Assembly (NCBI RefSeq): GCF_039654945.1
Contig: NW_027361717.1
Location: 28,458,001-28,522,000, forward strand
Origin: Dendrobates tinctorius
Taxonomy: Eukaryota
Reading direction: 5' to 3'
Length of the DNA stretch: 64,000 nt
Below the pieces are notes generated by a model, which saw only the letters and a program-made list of their open reading frames with translations, was not told the DNA's origin and ran no database searches. Position numbers and translations under genes: made by a program. Below, in pieces: positions 36,401-46,689 of this stretch. Numbering within the stretch: position 1 is the stretch's first letter; each line of letters begins with the position of its first letter.

Positions 36401-38622
36401 CATGACCCAATCCTCCCTAAAACAGGGAGATTATCTCACAAATAAATGACAACAATACAATGAAATACTTTTAACAGGGCGGAAAGGATCTTGAAATCTT
36501 CTTGAGGTAAACTGAGGTAACGGTCTCACACAGCTGATTATATAACAAGTTCTTCCTGCTCATACTCTGTCAGCCAATCAAAACAGGTTCAAAAAAAGAG
36601 CGGGAAGCCAAATCTGCCTGACAACAGGGAACCTGCTCATGAAATATCACAGCTTACTGATACATTAACTCTTTGTAAACCAGAGCTTAACAAACCAACT
36701 GAACACCATCAAATTAATAGGTATGGGAGCTGCGTTATCATGCGACCCCCCCTTGTATTCAATAAGGGGAGGGCGTTCATTCTTGCGAGTGCAATGCGGG
36801 AAACTTGAGCAAATCTCTCACCTCAATACCCAGCACTGCTGCCAGCGTTTTGGACTGGAGCGTTCAGCTGCATAGAAAGACATGCAGCTGCACATTCCGG
36901 TCTCGACGGCAGTGCCAGGTATTGAGGCGCGTGTTTCTCGCATTGCACTCGCAAGTGTGACCCCCGGCCTTACAATGAAAAGCCTACAGGACATTGTTCT
37001 GAAGCTCAATAGGATTTCATTGTAAAAGAGACTTCTGGGTCACGCAGCGTGACACAGCCAGCTGCGGAGCGATGATGTCTCAGAGAAGCTGAGAAGAACG
37101 ATGCTGGGCATCGGAGAGAGCAATGATAGGCGAGTATATTAATACACTCCCACTACATTACATGCACATATACACACATGTAATGAATAAAAAAAAAATT
37201 ACTGGGAGTGCTTCTTTAAGACAAAACATGTCAAAAAGACAAAAAATGCAGCATCAAAAACACAATAAAAACACATGTAAAAAAAAAAAAAATGCAAGTA
37301 ACCTAAGTCCACATACACACGTTGAATATTTAGTGAGTTTTTTTTACCTCAGTATTTGTATGCCAAAACCAGGAGTGGGTGAAAAGTGCAGAAGTGGTGA
37401 CATTTTTCTATTACATTTTTCCCCTGATTCCACTCCTGGTATTGGTTTACACATACTGATGCAAAATACTGAACGTGTGCACATGGCCTTAACTAGCTAA
37501 TATTTGCAGACATGCTGAAGAAAATCTGTAACATTAAAAATGCACCAAATACTCATTGTGGGAACTTAGCTTAAGTATTTGGTGAGTTTTTTACCTCAGT
37601 ATGTGTAAGCCAAAACCAGGAGTGGAACAATTAGAGGAAAAGTAGAATAGAAACACGTCACCACTTCTGTATTTATCACCCACTCCTGGTTTTGGCTTAC
37701 AAATACTGAGGTAAAAAACTCACCAAATACTGAATGTGTGCACGTGTGACCATAGCCTAAGGCTACAAACCAGGAGTGGGTGATAAATACAGAAGTGGTG
37801 ACGTGTTTCTATTCTACTTTTCCTCTAATTGCTCCACTCCTGGTTTTCAAGTTTTGGCTTAAAAATACTGAGGTTAAATACTGACCAAATACTGATAGTG
37901 TGAACATGGCCTAAGGCTAAAGATCAGGAGAGGGTGAATAATGCAAAAGTGGTGACGGGTTTCTATTCTAGTTTTCCTCTATCTTTCCCACTCCTGGTTG
38001 TGGCTTACAAATGCTGAGATAAGACACCAAATACTCAACATGTGCACGTGGCCGTAGGCTGGAAACACACGTGTAGTTTCAGATTCAGTTTTTTTGAGCC
38101 AAAGCTAATAATGGATGCAGCAGGAAGAATTAGAAATCTGTCTTTTTCATTCCCTCTGCATCCTACATTGGCTTTGGCATAAAAAGACTGCACTAAATAT
38201 TGCTTAAAAGAACCTCCATGTGTGATTCCAGCCTCACAATGTATAAATTTTCATTTTCATACTGCACAAACTGAGTGAAGCGCAATAAAGCCCTAAATGT
38301 ATAAATCTAGAAGATCTAAATTAATTCTGTTTATTAAATTTTCTGCCTCCTTATTCGGAGTTACAATAGTGCAGTGAGTATACTGCGTAGCGCTGTATAA
38401 AACCACAGCTATGGCAAACCCAGCTCTGCTACATCTTCTGATTACTAAATGAAGACTGTGCCACTGTTTTTGTTTTTTAGAAATATAACTGATAATTATT
38501 ATTTGTGTTACCTTTGCCGGGTGATCATGGTAAGGCTTTGGTAATATAGTTTCCAAAGTAAGACCTCCATAGGAAAGCAGGACTACATTGACCAGCATGG
38601 ACACGCTGATGAGAAGCTTCAT
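21341..38622 (-). CDS. shbgb: Sex hormone-binding globulin-like protein (probable Shbgb; SHBG/GAS6/PROS1 family, signal peptide + 2 laminin-G domains), 8 exons, 414 aa
   Basis: Exons 38622-38512, 35693-35584, 34141-33952, 33399-33232, 32509-32344, 30945-30803, 30721-30496 and 21471-21341 are all GT-AG with compatible phases and total 1245 nt. Motifs SSFDFRTFDPEGIIFYGD, NWFVLGVRD, SDGQWRKV, LVPALDGC and FSGCL..IDFDSAQYKH..SHSCP. The family is secure; the paralog name is inferred from synteny. Confidence 0.85.
22790..23300 (+). repeat. ~30-bp minisatellite (TATGGAGGACTATGGGGAGTGCATTATACTA)n
   Basis: About 16 degenerate tandem units. The overlapping ORFs are repeat artefacts. Confidence 0.85.
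24185..24283. repeat. DIRS internal complementary region (ICR)
   Basis: TGTGTCCCCCAATTAAAAGG...AAAAATCTCC|TTT|ACTCTGTCGCCTTATTGGGGGACACAGAACCGTGGG is the reverse complement of 23866-23929 joined to the reverse complement of 29862-29900. Confidence 0.9.
24400..25400 (-). pseudogene. DIRS tyrosine recombinase (C-terminal frameshift removes the catalytic Tyr)
   Basis: AITSLRRVSEL, HSTRAVGAS and AATWTSLHTFTKH, then the frame diverges where HY is expected. Confidence 0.85.
25402..27250 (-). pseudogene. DIRS pol: RT + RNase H + N6-adenine methyltransferase-like domain, frameshifted
   Basis: RPILDLK, LPFGLATAP, VPYLDDLLI; TTDASLMGWG, INILEIRA, VQSDNATAV, NWEADYLSR; DVDLMAS, LYIFPP. Confidence 0.9.
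27250..28750 (-). pseudogene. DIRS ORF1 (gag-like, Cys-rich N-terminus, LAP2alpha-like region), frameshifted
   Basis: CTAC..HCRDC N-terminus; WTDPPEVDHPVSRL, IRRILWIREWKAD and LPYFSGRLFGEKLD. Confidence 0.8.
30496..30721 (-). CDS. SHBG-like gene exon 7
   Basis: gttcag|VLEVSLLGKL..CLKAWHTV..SQLSIGGIS|gtaact. Confidence 0.88.
30803..30945 (-). CDS. SHBG-like gene exon 6
   Basis: ttttag|(L)FPTKHKDSWKLTLQISFRVLEDGGVLLGL..DLEKR|gtaaca. Confidence 0.88.
31000..31193. mobile_element. Harbinger-type MITE (GGCCGGGGTCACACTTGC family), complete
   Basis: TIRs GGCCGGGGTCACACTTGC / GCAAGTGTGACACCGGCC followed by TAA. Relatives at 1257, 36221-36969 and 63057-63354. Confidence 0.85.
31903..32318. mobile_element. 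TTAA-site (T2/Kolobok-type) MITE
   Basis: TTAAAGGAGTTGTTCACC ... GGTAGACCACCCCTTTAA. Similar elements at ~33488-33821, 34500-34897, 39936-40224 and 59302-59645. Confidence 0.6.
32344..32509 (-). CDS. SHBG-like gene exon 5
   Basis: atctag|LVPALDGCLRNWAWV..RRCFQNEEPGAFFPAHGYVTF|gtgagt. Confidence 0.93.
33232..33399 (-). CDS. SHBG-like gene exon 4
   Basis: ttgcag|VTVDSTIDTIDVKVNGEVVV..IILGDLP..LLRP|gtacta. Confidence 0.9.
33952..34141 (-). CDS. SHBG-like gene exon 3 (core of LG1)
   Basis: ccacag|(S)NLSSFDFRTFDPEGIIFYGDVGQDNWFVLGVRDRRLEVQMSNGNGQMVLSKWGPDMSDGQWRK|gtaaga. Confidence 0.95.
34230..35420 (+). mobile_element. Decayed Tc1-like element interrupted by a palindromic MITE (~34500-34897)
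   Basis: INSQTYCQFLED and WPPSSPVLSPIKNL-like remnants; ends AATAATTCTGCACACAGTG. Confidence 0.55.
35584..35693 (-). CDS. SHBG-like gene exon 2
   Basis: ttccag|VSCSVEKPVRSSESLYIGNGNPQSVLHLEFQLSDLT|gtatta; its phase links exon 1 to exon 3. Confidence 0.82.
37305..38060. mobile_element. Cluster of short MITE copies (GCCAAAACCAGGAGTGG family) in both orientations
   Basis: Repeated AAGCCAAAACCAGGAGTGG / CCACTCCTGGTTTTGGCTT with GCC-TAA-GGC junctions. The same family occurs at 32543-32610 and 32870-33095. Confidence 0.65.
38512..38622 (-). CDS. SHBG-like gene exon 1 (signal peptide)
   Basis: AAAATG MKLLISVSMLVNVVLLSYGGLTLETILPKPYHDHPAK|gtaaca; hydrophobic leader. Confidence 0.82.
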
Positions 38623-38663
38623 TTTCTCGGTGCTGTGAATGATGGTTGTCGCACGTTCACTGA

Positions 38664-38675
38664 CCTTTATATATC
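38664..38675 (-). promoter_or_regulatory. Probable TATA box of the SHBG-like gene
   Basis: GATATATAAAGG on the minus strand, ~45-50 bp upstream of the ATG. Confidence 0.55.
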
Positions 38676-41636
38676 AATAGGAGGGGACTTGTTCTTCTTG
38701 TGTTGCTTATTCAAACGCCAACTTTGGCTCCAACCACAACACGTTCCAGTATCTGCCTCCTGCAGATGTTTTACAGGAACTCAGGAGACGTGCGTTTAAC
38801 CCTTCACCGATGTGTGACCATCTGCGCTTCTATCCGAATCCTAAAAATCATCCCATGTTCATAGTAATTGGCTGAAAAATATGGTTCCCCGGTGTAGATT
38901 TAATATACCTTTCTAAAGTAGCAACCTATGATTGTTCTCTACCTCTGTGCAGGGGCACTGCCATTAGTATGGTGACAAGCTAACGTTGGAGACCCCAATG
39001 CTACAACCTCGTAAATTCTACCTGCCAGTGTACTCTGGCAGATGAAAACATTAATTGTAAGGATTCAATGACATGGCATCTAATTGGTGATGTTCGATGA
39101 TTACCAGGCATCATGGTTTTATGTAGTTGGGTTTTCACAAGGGGAGTACACAGAAATTATGGGGCACCATAGCAAAAATTGTAAAAAGAAAAAAAAAAGT
39201 AATATTCAGCAGAGGCACAGAAAAGCATATCTCACAACTTAGCACCCTTACAAAAGTACTTTTTCTCCTATTGAAGCCCTTAGATTCCCTTTTCATTGCA
39301 CTCAAAAAGTATGATGCCAACAAAAGTGCTCCCCCAAACACAGTACCTCCACACGTACAGTATGATGACCCTACTGTACACCCCCTGCAAAGTATGATGC
39401 CTAACTGTGACCACAACACACCTCTCCACACAATATAACGGCACTCCATGCAGTTTAATGATCCCCAGAAGCCTCCTCACAGTATGATGGCTCCAACACA
39501 ACCCTCTACACAGTATGATGGCCCCAGGATGACGATACAGTTGGAAGCGCAATGCTGGGTGTGGAGCCCTAGTGCTGGCACCAGGCCCTCTCAACTTACG
39601 AGATACCTAGAGGCCCGTGGTCTGCCACTATTAGTGGTATGCCACTGGATTGTACTCTTTTATGTATCTAGATGCAGGCCCGATGCTATCAGTAATGTCA
39701 CGATGGGGACAGGCTTTGCAGCGTTGAGAATCTCTCCCCCATGTGCTCACCCACCTCTACACTCTCTCTTTCCCCATGTGCTGACTTCTCCCGTCTGTGC
39801 TCTCTTCTTTGACCTGTCTACCCCATGTGCTATCCCCCTTGTCTGCTGTCTCTCTCCTTCTGTGCTGTGTTCTCCCCTCATGTGCTGTCCCGTTTGAGCT
39901 GTCTCCCCCGTGCTCTGTCTCTTTCACCCCTGTATCTGACTGTGTACAGAATATACCACAGCTCCTGGGCAGGGGAGGAAGCAAAAGACAATACTGACAT
40001 TACAGCAGGAGATCACAGAGGATACATTTTGTGAGGTAAATTATTGTTTAAAAACAGTCAATGAAATATTTTACCTCACAAAATGAATCCTCTGTGATTC
40101 CCTGCTGTAATGTCAGTATTATCTTTTGCTTCCTCCCCTGCCCAGGAGATGTGGTATGCTCCGTACACGGTCAGACACAGACAATTTTTAAAATGAACTT
40201 TCGTTCGTGGGAAAACCCCTTTAATGTGACCGGCTTCCTCTGCCTGTAAACACGTCGCACATCTGCAGGACGGGATCAGCCGAATGTGTGAGTGAGTGTG
40301 AGAGTAAAAGTGTGTGTGTCTGTGAGTGTGTGTGAGTGTATGAGAGTGAGTGTGAGTGTGCGAGAGTGAGTGTGTATGAGTGTGTGAGAGTGAATGTGTG
40401 TGTGTGAGGTGTGATGGTGTTCCACTGGTGGTACCGCACAATAGGTTGGTACCAGTAGCAGTTTCCATATTGAGACACCCATCACTTGGGTGTCCCAATA
40501 TGGCGGTCGGTGAACTTACTCCACTTGAAATTCTGGGATACGGTGACATCTGGACAGAACAGGAAATGAAAACATTACAAGGCAATTAATTATATAAATA
40601 GAGGACTTAGATTCATATAGACACGAAATATATCAGAAGATGATTTTTGGAATGATAAGATTTTTTCATCTTTTTAACCCGAATTAAAAGCTTAAGGTTA
40701 AGTTCACACAGGGCGTTTTTGCTGCGTTTTTTTCTCCAGCAAAACCTGATTTCTTGGCAGGAAAGAAGCTGAATCAAAAACGCAGGTTTAGGTGCATTTT
40801 TTGGTGCGGTTTTTTTCATGCTTTTTTGTGTCGCTTTGTACATGGTAATAAAGTTGAGTTTAGTTAATATATCACAAATAAAAATTTTATTTTTTACCTC
40901 CATGATTAGTTGGGAAACATTAATGTTCATCCTCCTATACCAAGACATGGCTAACACCTCACTACTACCAGACACTACCTCACAAGAGTTCACTATCAGG
41001 TCACCTCACAATAGCTCTTAACACCTCACTACTACCTCACAATAGCTCACTGTCACACTATGGACACCTCACTAAGAACACCCCAAAGCTCTTGGCTGTG
41101 AGGCCACTTCCTGCTGGCCATGACTTTCTGCACAAAAAAAGCAGCAAGTAATAATACCTGCGTTTTTGCAGTGTTTTTCCAACACCCATTCAAGCCAATG
41201 GATGAAAAACGCAACAAAAACGCTGAAAGAAGTGACATGCTCGATGTCCAAAAAACGCATCAGAGCACAAAATCATGATCACACAAAAAAACCAATGTGT
41301 GTGCATGAAATTTCTGAAATCTCATAGGCTTTGCTGGTAATGGAAAAAGCAGCTGAAAATTAGCATTAAAAAACTATGAAAAAACTTACCCTAAAAGTCA
41401 TCCCACGCCAACAAGGTTTACCCAATCAGGATAGTCCCTATCTTTAGTAACTCACCACGCCATGTGCCATCTAGGCCTCAAAATAGACAAGAGCAGACCT
41501 AGACCTGGGCCTGACTGTGTTTAACACCTGACGGTAGAAAGTTGAGTAGATAATGTGCAAAGCTCAAGGGGGCGGCAACACCCCCAAATGTCCTAAGTGC
41601 AAAACCAAACAAGGGGCAGCACACTGGTTAGTGTAA

Positions 41637-42077
41637 GGGTACTGTTAAACTAAGCAACGCACCAGCGATCCCGACAACGATACGACCTGGTAAGGATCGC
41701 TGGTGCGTCGCTACATGGTCGCTAGTAAGCTGTCAAACAGGCAGATCTACTCAACGACGCAGCAACAATCCGGCGATCCGTATAACAACCTTGACGGTCG
41801 TTGGGACCTTGTCACACAGCAGCTATTCTGACGAGTCCCGTCCCTGAGTTCTGCGTCGTCCACGAGGTCGCTCGTCAGCGTCAAACACAGCGATGCGTGC
41901 TGGCCAGCGGGACACCAGCGATCAAAAAATGGCCCAGGACATTTGAGCACGATCAGCGATATCCAGTGGGGGGCCGGTCGCCGCTATGTGTCACATGTAG
42001 CGAGATCGCTGTTGCGTCACAAAATCTGTGACGTTTTAGCGATCTCGCTAACGATCTCGCTATTTGAGACAGGGCCT
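41637..42077. mobile_element. Harbinger-type MITE (GGGTACTGT family)
   Basis: TAA|GGGTACTGTT ... GAGACAGGGCC(T)TAA. Shares CAGCGATCCCGAC..GGATCGCTGG with 9733-10085. Confidence 0.7.
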
Positions 42078-42987
42078 TAAGACCCATTGAACAAATATAA
42101 CCTAGTTTCTTGTACTCAATATATGTGGAGCTTTTCCATTGTGGAAACACAAATACTTTTTTTTTCACCTGTTGAATTTCCTCTTCTCATTCAAGTCTAT
42201 GGGAAAAACGCACAAACAAAACGCATATTGACCACAAAGGAAATTGACATGTTGATTTCAGAAATGTATCATAGGTCAATTTACACTGTGTAAAGAAAAC
42301 GGTACAGTGGATGTGAGATCTCCATAAATCCCATCCACTTTGCTGGAACTGTAAGATGCTGCTTTTTTTGTGCAGTGAAAATATGCAGTGTGGACAACTC
42401 ATTGTGAGAATGTAGCCTTATCCTTAATTTCAGTCCCTCTAGGGAACATGTGCAGCCAGGCCAGTGCCAGCTTTCTATACTGATGACTGCTCTAGGGTAG
42501 GTCTGCTAAGTAGGTAAGAATATCAGCTTGTAAAATATGGCACTGTACAGATAAACGTCTATCTGAATTAACAGTAAGTTGGTGGACATAGATTTCTGGT
42601 TAGCTGGTCTTCAAAGAATTATGTTATCTTCACACGTTGGCAATGATTAATTAATGAGTTTTTGCCAATTTTCTGGTGTAAAAAGCTCTCAAAATGTTGC
42701 AAAATTTCTTACTCAACTAAGCTGCACAAAAATGTTGTAACCTTTGGCATTTTTAAAGACAGTCCCAGCCAGTTCTGCCAACATGGGTAGAGCTGGGCTG
42801 GGGTGAAGATCATCACACAAGTGGCATTACTTACTTCAAAAATGTATGCCAGCGCCTCTGGATAACATTACTGGCAAAGGCATACACCAGTTGTAAGATG
42901 CCCCAAATTCAAGATACATGTTCTTCTTAATGAATGTGGTGCATCGTACTCCAGCTTATGTATTAAATGACAGTCTTAATAAGTTTA

Positions 42988-43026
42988 GTCCTGATGAAGA
43001 GGTTTGGAACCTTGAAACGCATTGAC
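42988..43026 (+). ncRNA. Degenerate minimal hammerhead-ribozyme motif (Penelope-type)
   Basis: GTC-CTGATGA-(AG)AGGTT tgg AACCT(T)-GAAA-CGCATT-GAC followed by AATAAA. The stem-III palindrome ACGCGT is changed to ACGCAT. Confidence 0.5.
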
Positions 43027-43965
43027 ATAATAAACCGCATTTATGCTTCACCTTTGCGTGTGATCGCACATTTGAACCTTGGGCAGCACGGACTTTGAAC
43101 CACCGTATTCCACATTTATTGCATGGTATCTCATCGGTGGTCCTGCAGTACCTTCACATGCTTCAATAGGAGTTGTGACTGTCACAACCCAATCAGGCGA
43201 ACGTACCGCTAATATTTTACTGTATATCACTTGGTTTCTAGATGCACAGGGAGGTAACCGGAAATTAAAAGTAAAATTATGATATAACACAACAGTTTTA
43301 TTATTAAGCTTCACTTATCATGACTTCCTCTGTTCCTTAAACGCATGCAGTCCGATGACTGTTGTAATACCGGCAGCGGCCGGCACTGGGTCTTCAGGCG
43401 TAACCTGCCAACGCGATTTAGCTTCTGGCGGTCACCGGTTTTGCCCATTGAGCCCCTAGTCTATTAATCTGTAAAGCCGAGGTGGGAAGCACCGTAGAAG
43501 TCTCTGTCCGGTGCGTGCTCCGCTGCACGCCTGCCAAGGAGTGAGAACACCCCTCACGACCCTGCACCTGGCACTTGCTTCTCAATGTGAGCACCACACA
43601 GTTTGGCAGAGTGCACGACACTCTGCGTGCTCACTGACTCTCGGGGATCCTCACATAACCTCTGCCGGGGAATGGCTTTGCACTTTCTCTTTTGCTGCGG
43701 GAGCGCAGTACACCCCTGCTTCCTCTCCCTGCCGCTGGGAATCTGCTGAGTTTTCCTGCTTTTCCTGTTCTCTCCCTGGTCTCACCACGCCCACTCTCAC
43801 CAGGTCATGGGTCCTGTCCGGTTCTCCATTCTTTCCCCCTAGCAACACTGGACACAGCCTCGACAGTTCCGAACCCGGCATTGAACAGGTACCCGCAGAC
43901 CGGTCTTCCGCCTTACACTATCTTTCCCTTTATTCCATTCTACCCTTGGTGAATTTTTTTATGTA

Positions 43966-44454
43966 CAGTGGGTAATGGAAAGTATTCAGACCCCTTTAAA
44001 TTTTTCACAATTCTGTCTCTGAGCTCCTTGGCGAGTTCCTTTGACCTCATGATTCTCATTTGGTATGACATGCACTGTGAGCTGTGAGCGTTTTATATAG
44101 ACAGGTGTGTGCCTTTACAAATCAAGTCTTATCAGTTTAATTATACACAGCTGGACTCCAATGAAGGAGCAGAACCATCTCAAGGAGGATCACAAGGAAA
44201 TGGACAGCATGTGTCTTAAATATGAGTGTCTGGGCAAAGAGTCTAAATACTTATGACCATGTAATATTTCAGTTTTTCTTTAATAAATTTGCAAAAATGT
44301 CTACATTTCTGTTTTATTTTTCTGTCAAGATGGGAAGCAAAGTGTACAGTACATTAATGAGAAAAAAAATGAACTTTTTTGAATTTACCAAATGGCTGCA
44401 GTGAAACAAAGAGTGAACAATTTAAAATGGTCTGAATACTTTCTGTACCCATTG
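43966..44454. mobile_element. Tc1-type non-autonomous element
   Basis: TA|CAGTGGGTAATGGAAAGTATTCAGACC ... GGTCTGAATACTTTCTGTACCCATTG|TA. Confidence 0.85.
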
Positions 44455-45169
44455 TATATCTCCATCTCAGTGAAAAAATATAAATACATTTTTTTTTTTT
44501 TTATAGAGATCTGGGGGCCCAAATAGAACTTTTGCTATGGGGCCCTGTGATTGCCATGTACGCCCCTGCTTGCAGGAGAGTAATAATGAGGGCAATCTGT
44601 TTTCTCGGAGCCTGAGGCTCTAGGGGTCCCATTGTCAGATTGCCATCATCATAAGCAGCGTACCGGGCAAGGAGGGGGGGCCAGACATTTCTTCCACAGG
44701 GGCCTTAAGCTCTTAGTATCTGCCCCTGCCTCCATCCAGTGGCGTGTTGCCAATAGCGGCACACCATGCAGCTGCCGGGGGTCTTGCCCGATGCCAGCGA
44801 AGCAGCAGCGGGTGACAGGAGGCAGGAGCCGGCTGCTGCAGCTAATGCCTGTGTCCACTGCTAAAGAGAAATATTCACTGCTCCCCACGCCCATAGTCCC
44901 TCCCACCACTATGCACTGAAGGCGGCGCCGAGAGATGGGAGGACTATAGGAGTTAAGAGCAGTGAACATTCATATCAATTTAATAGCGGGCACAGTAGCA
45001 GCAGCTGCAGGCTTCCTGCTGCTGGGCGATCACATGCGCCCGCTACTCAAGGGAATATTTACTGCTCTCCACACCCATGAATACGGTATATATCCATGAG
45101 TGAGTGAGTACGTGGTGGCCATAATACAGTAGGACTGCATTATATTCTATGTGGGGGCTGCATTATACT

Positions 45170-45960
45170 ATATGATGAAAGAAATGTTGAAGGGATATAA
45201 AAAAGGAGCATTTTGTCAGGGACGGCAGATGCCCTATCATGCCATCTATACTAAGGGATTTATGTATGGTATCATATAATTGCTGTTTTGATCATTTTGA
45301 AGCATTATTGTGACAGTCTCCCGCTTCCTGATATCATCTTTGTTCATCTCGGTGGAAATGACATTGGGAAACAGAGTTGCATCGATCTTTTGTTTCAGAT
45401 GAAGAGCAGTTTCCAGGATTTAAAGAAATGGTTCCTGGAAGTGAAGATCTTTTTTGGGGAAATCATACCCAGGTTAATCTGGGACAGGTCTATGGAGATG
45501 AAGTTTTGTGACAAAATTAGGAAAAGATTAAATAGGTCTATCTGTAAGTTTATGCCAACAATCGGGGGATTTTCATTTAGGCACCTTGATTTGGAAGGTG
45601 GTGTGCCGTGGCTGTTTAGAGATGATTTGGTGCATCTGTCAAACATCGGTAACGACATATTTAATTTAAACTTAGGTCGATGGTGGAGTTAGACCTAGGT
45701 GGGCTGGGGCCATGCTTACCTATGATATAGGGAAGATGGCCAGTTGGGGTCAGGGTCAGGAAACTGAAAAGGACATAACCTAAAAACTCTTAACGGGCTT
45801 GAGCATTGGCTAAGCTGCGTGTTGGTTTAGAAAAAAATAAAAAAAGGTTTTTAGGTGTTTGGTGGTCTTTGTACGTATAAGAAAATATTATTAAAGTTTG
45901 TGGCCAAGTTTAATCCACCAAAACAACATGTGATATGTATTGTTCGTTATTTAAGGTTAA
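45170..45960 (+). mobile_element. Fragment of a Ngaro-like YR retrotransposon with an SGNH hydrolase ORF (45288-45692)
   Basis: DIIFVHLGGNDIG (block III) and FRDDLVHLS (DxxH block V). Preceded by EGYKKGAFCQGRQMP, which resembles a YR N-terminal segment. Confidence 0.65.
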
Positions 45961-46689
45961 ATCTAAACAAAAATAATAAATTATTTATGTGCTGTGTAAT
46001 GCCATGTATTATGGTGATGTTCAGTATATAAAGTGTTAGAGCATAGTGTGACTATAGATCAGGATAGGCATAAGATATAGAACAGATTAGCACGAAGATA
46101 GGAAATGCTTAAGGTTAAGATTAGTCCAGTGAGTGGGCACTAGTGCTAATAAGAAGGGGGACACTTCCTGGTTAGAGGGAGTTTAGTGTTAGCCAGTGAA
46201 GTGTAGAGTGGGTTCAATTTCAGGAGGGGAGGTGGGTTGCTAGGGGCAGCACAAAACAAATAGGCTGTAGGCGGCAAAATAGAGATCTCTTATGTATATT
46301 CCAACCACGTCTGGAGCCTAGGGCTCAGGCCAGGTACCATGGAGCGGGCCTTCTCTTCCGACATCACGCGAACGGTGAACATGGAGTTACATAAGAAGCA
46401 GGTGACCAGTCCTGGGTGCGTTGCCGGAGTTTACAACGAATCCCTGGAGCTGATTGAGTCAGCAGGCTTGGGGGTAGTCCATAATGACCGTGAAGGAGTT
46501 GTACTAACCAGAAAGGAGGTCTGAATTGCTGTGCCCTATCCCACTCAATGGACTGGAGGCAGCAAAGGCCTGCTGCCTACAAGTGAGTAATGCATCCCAT
46601 ACCCTACAGCACACTAGGACTGGGACACTCAGTCTGTAAAGTGCCAGAACGCAACTGGACAGCGACTCAAACACAACTACAGCTCTGCA

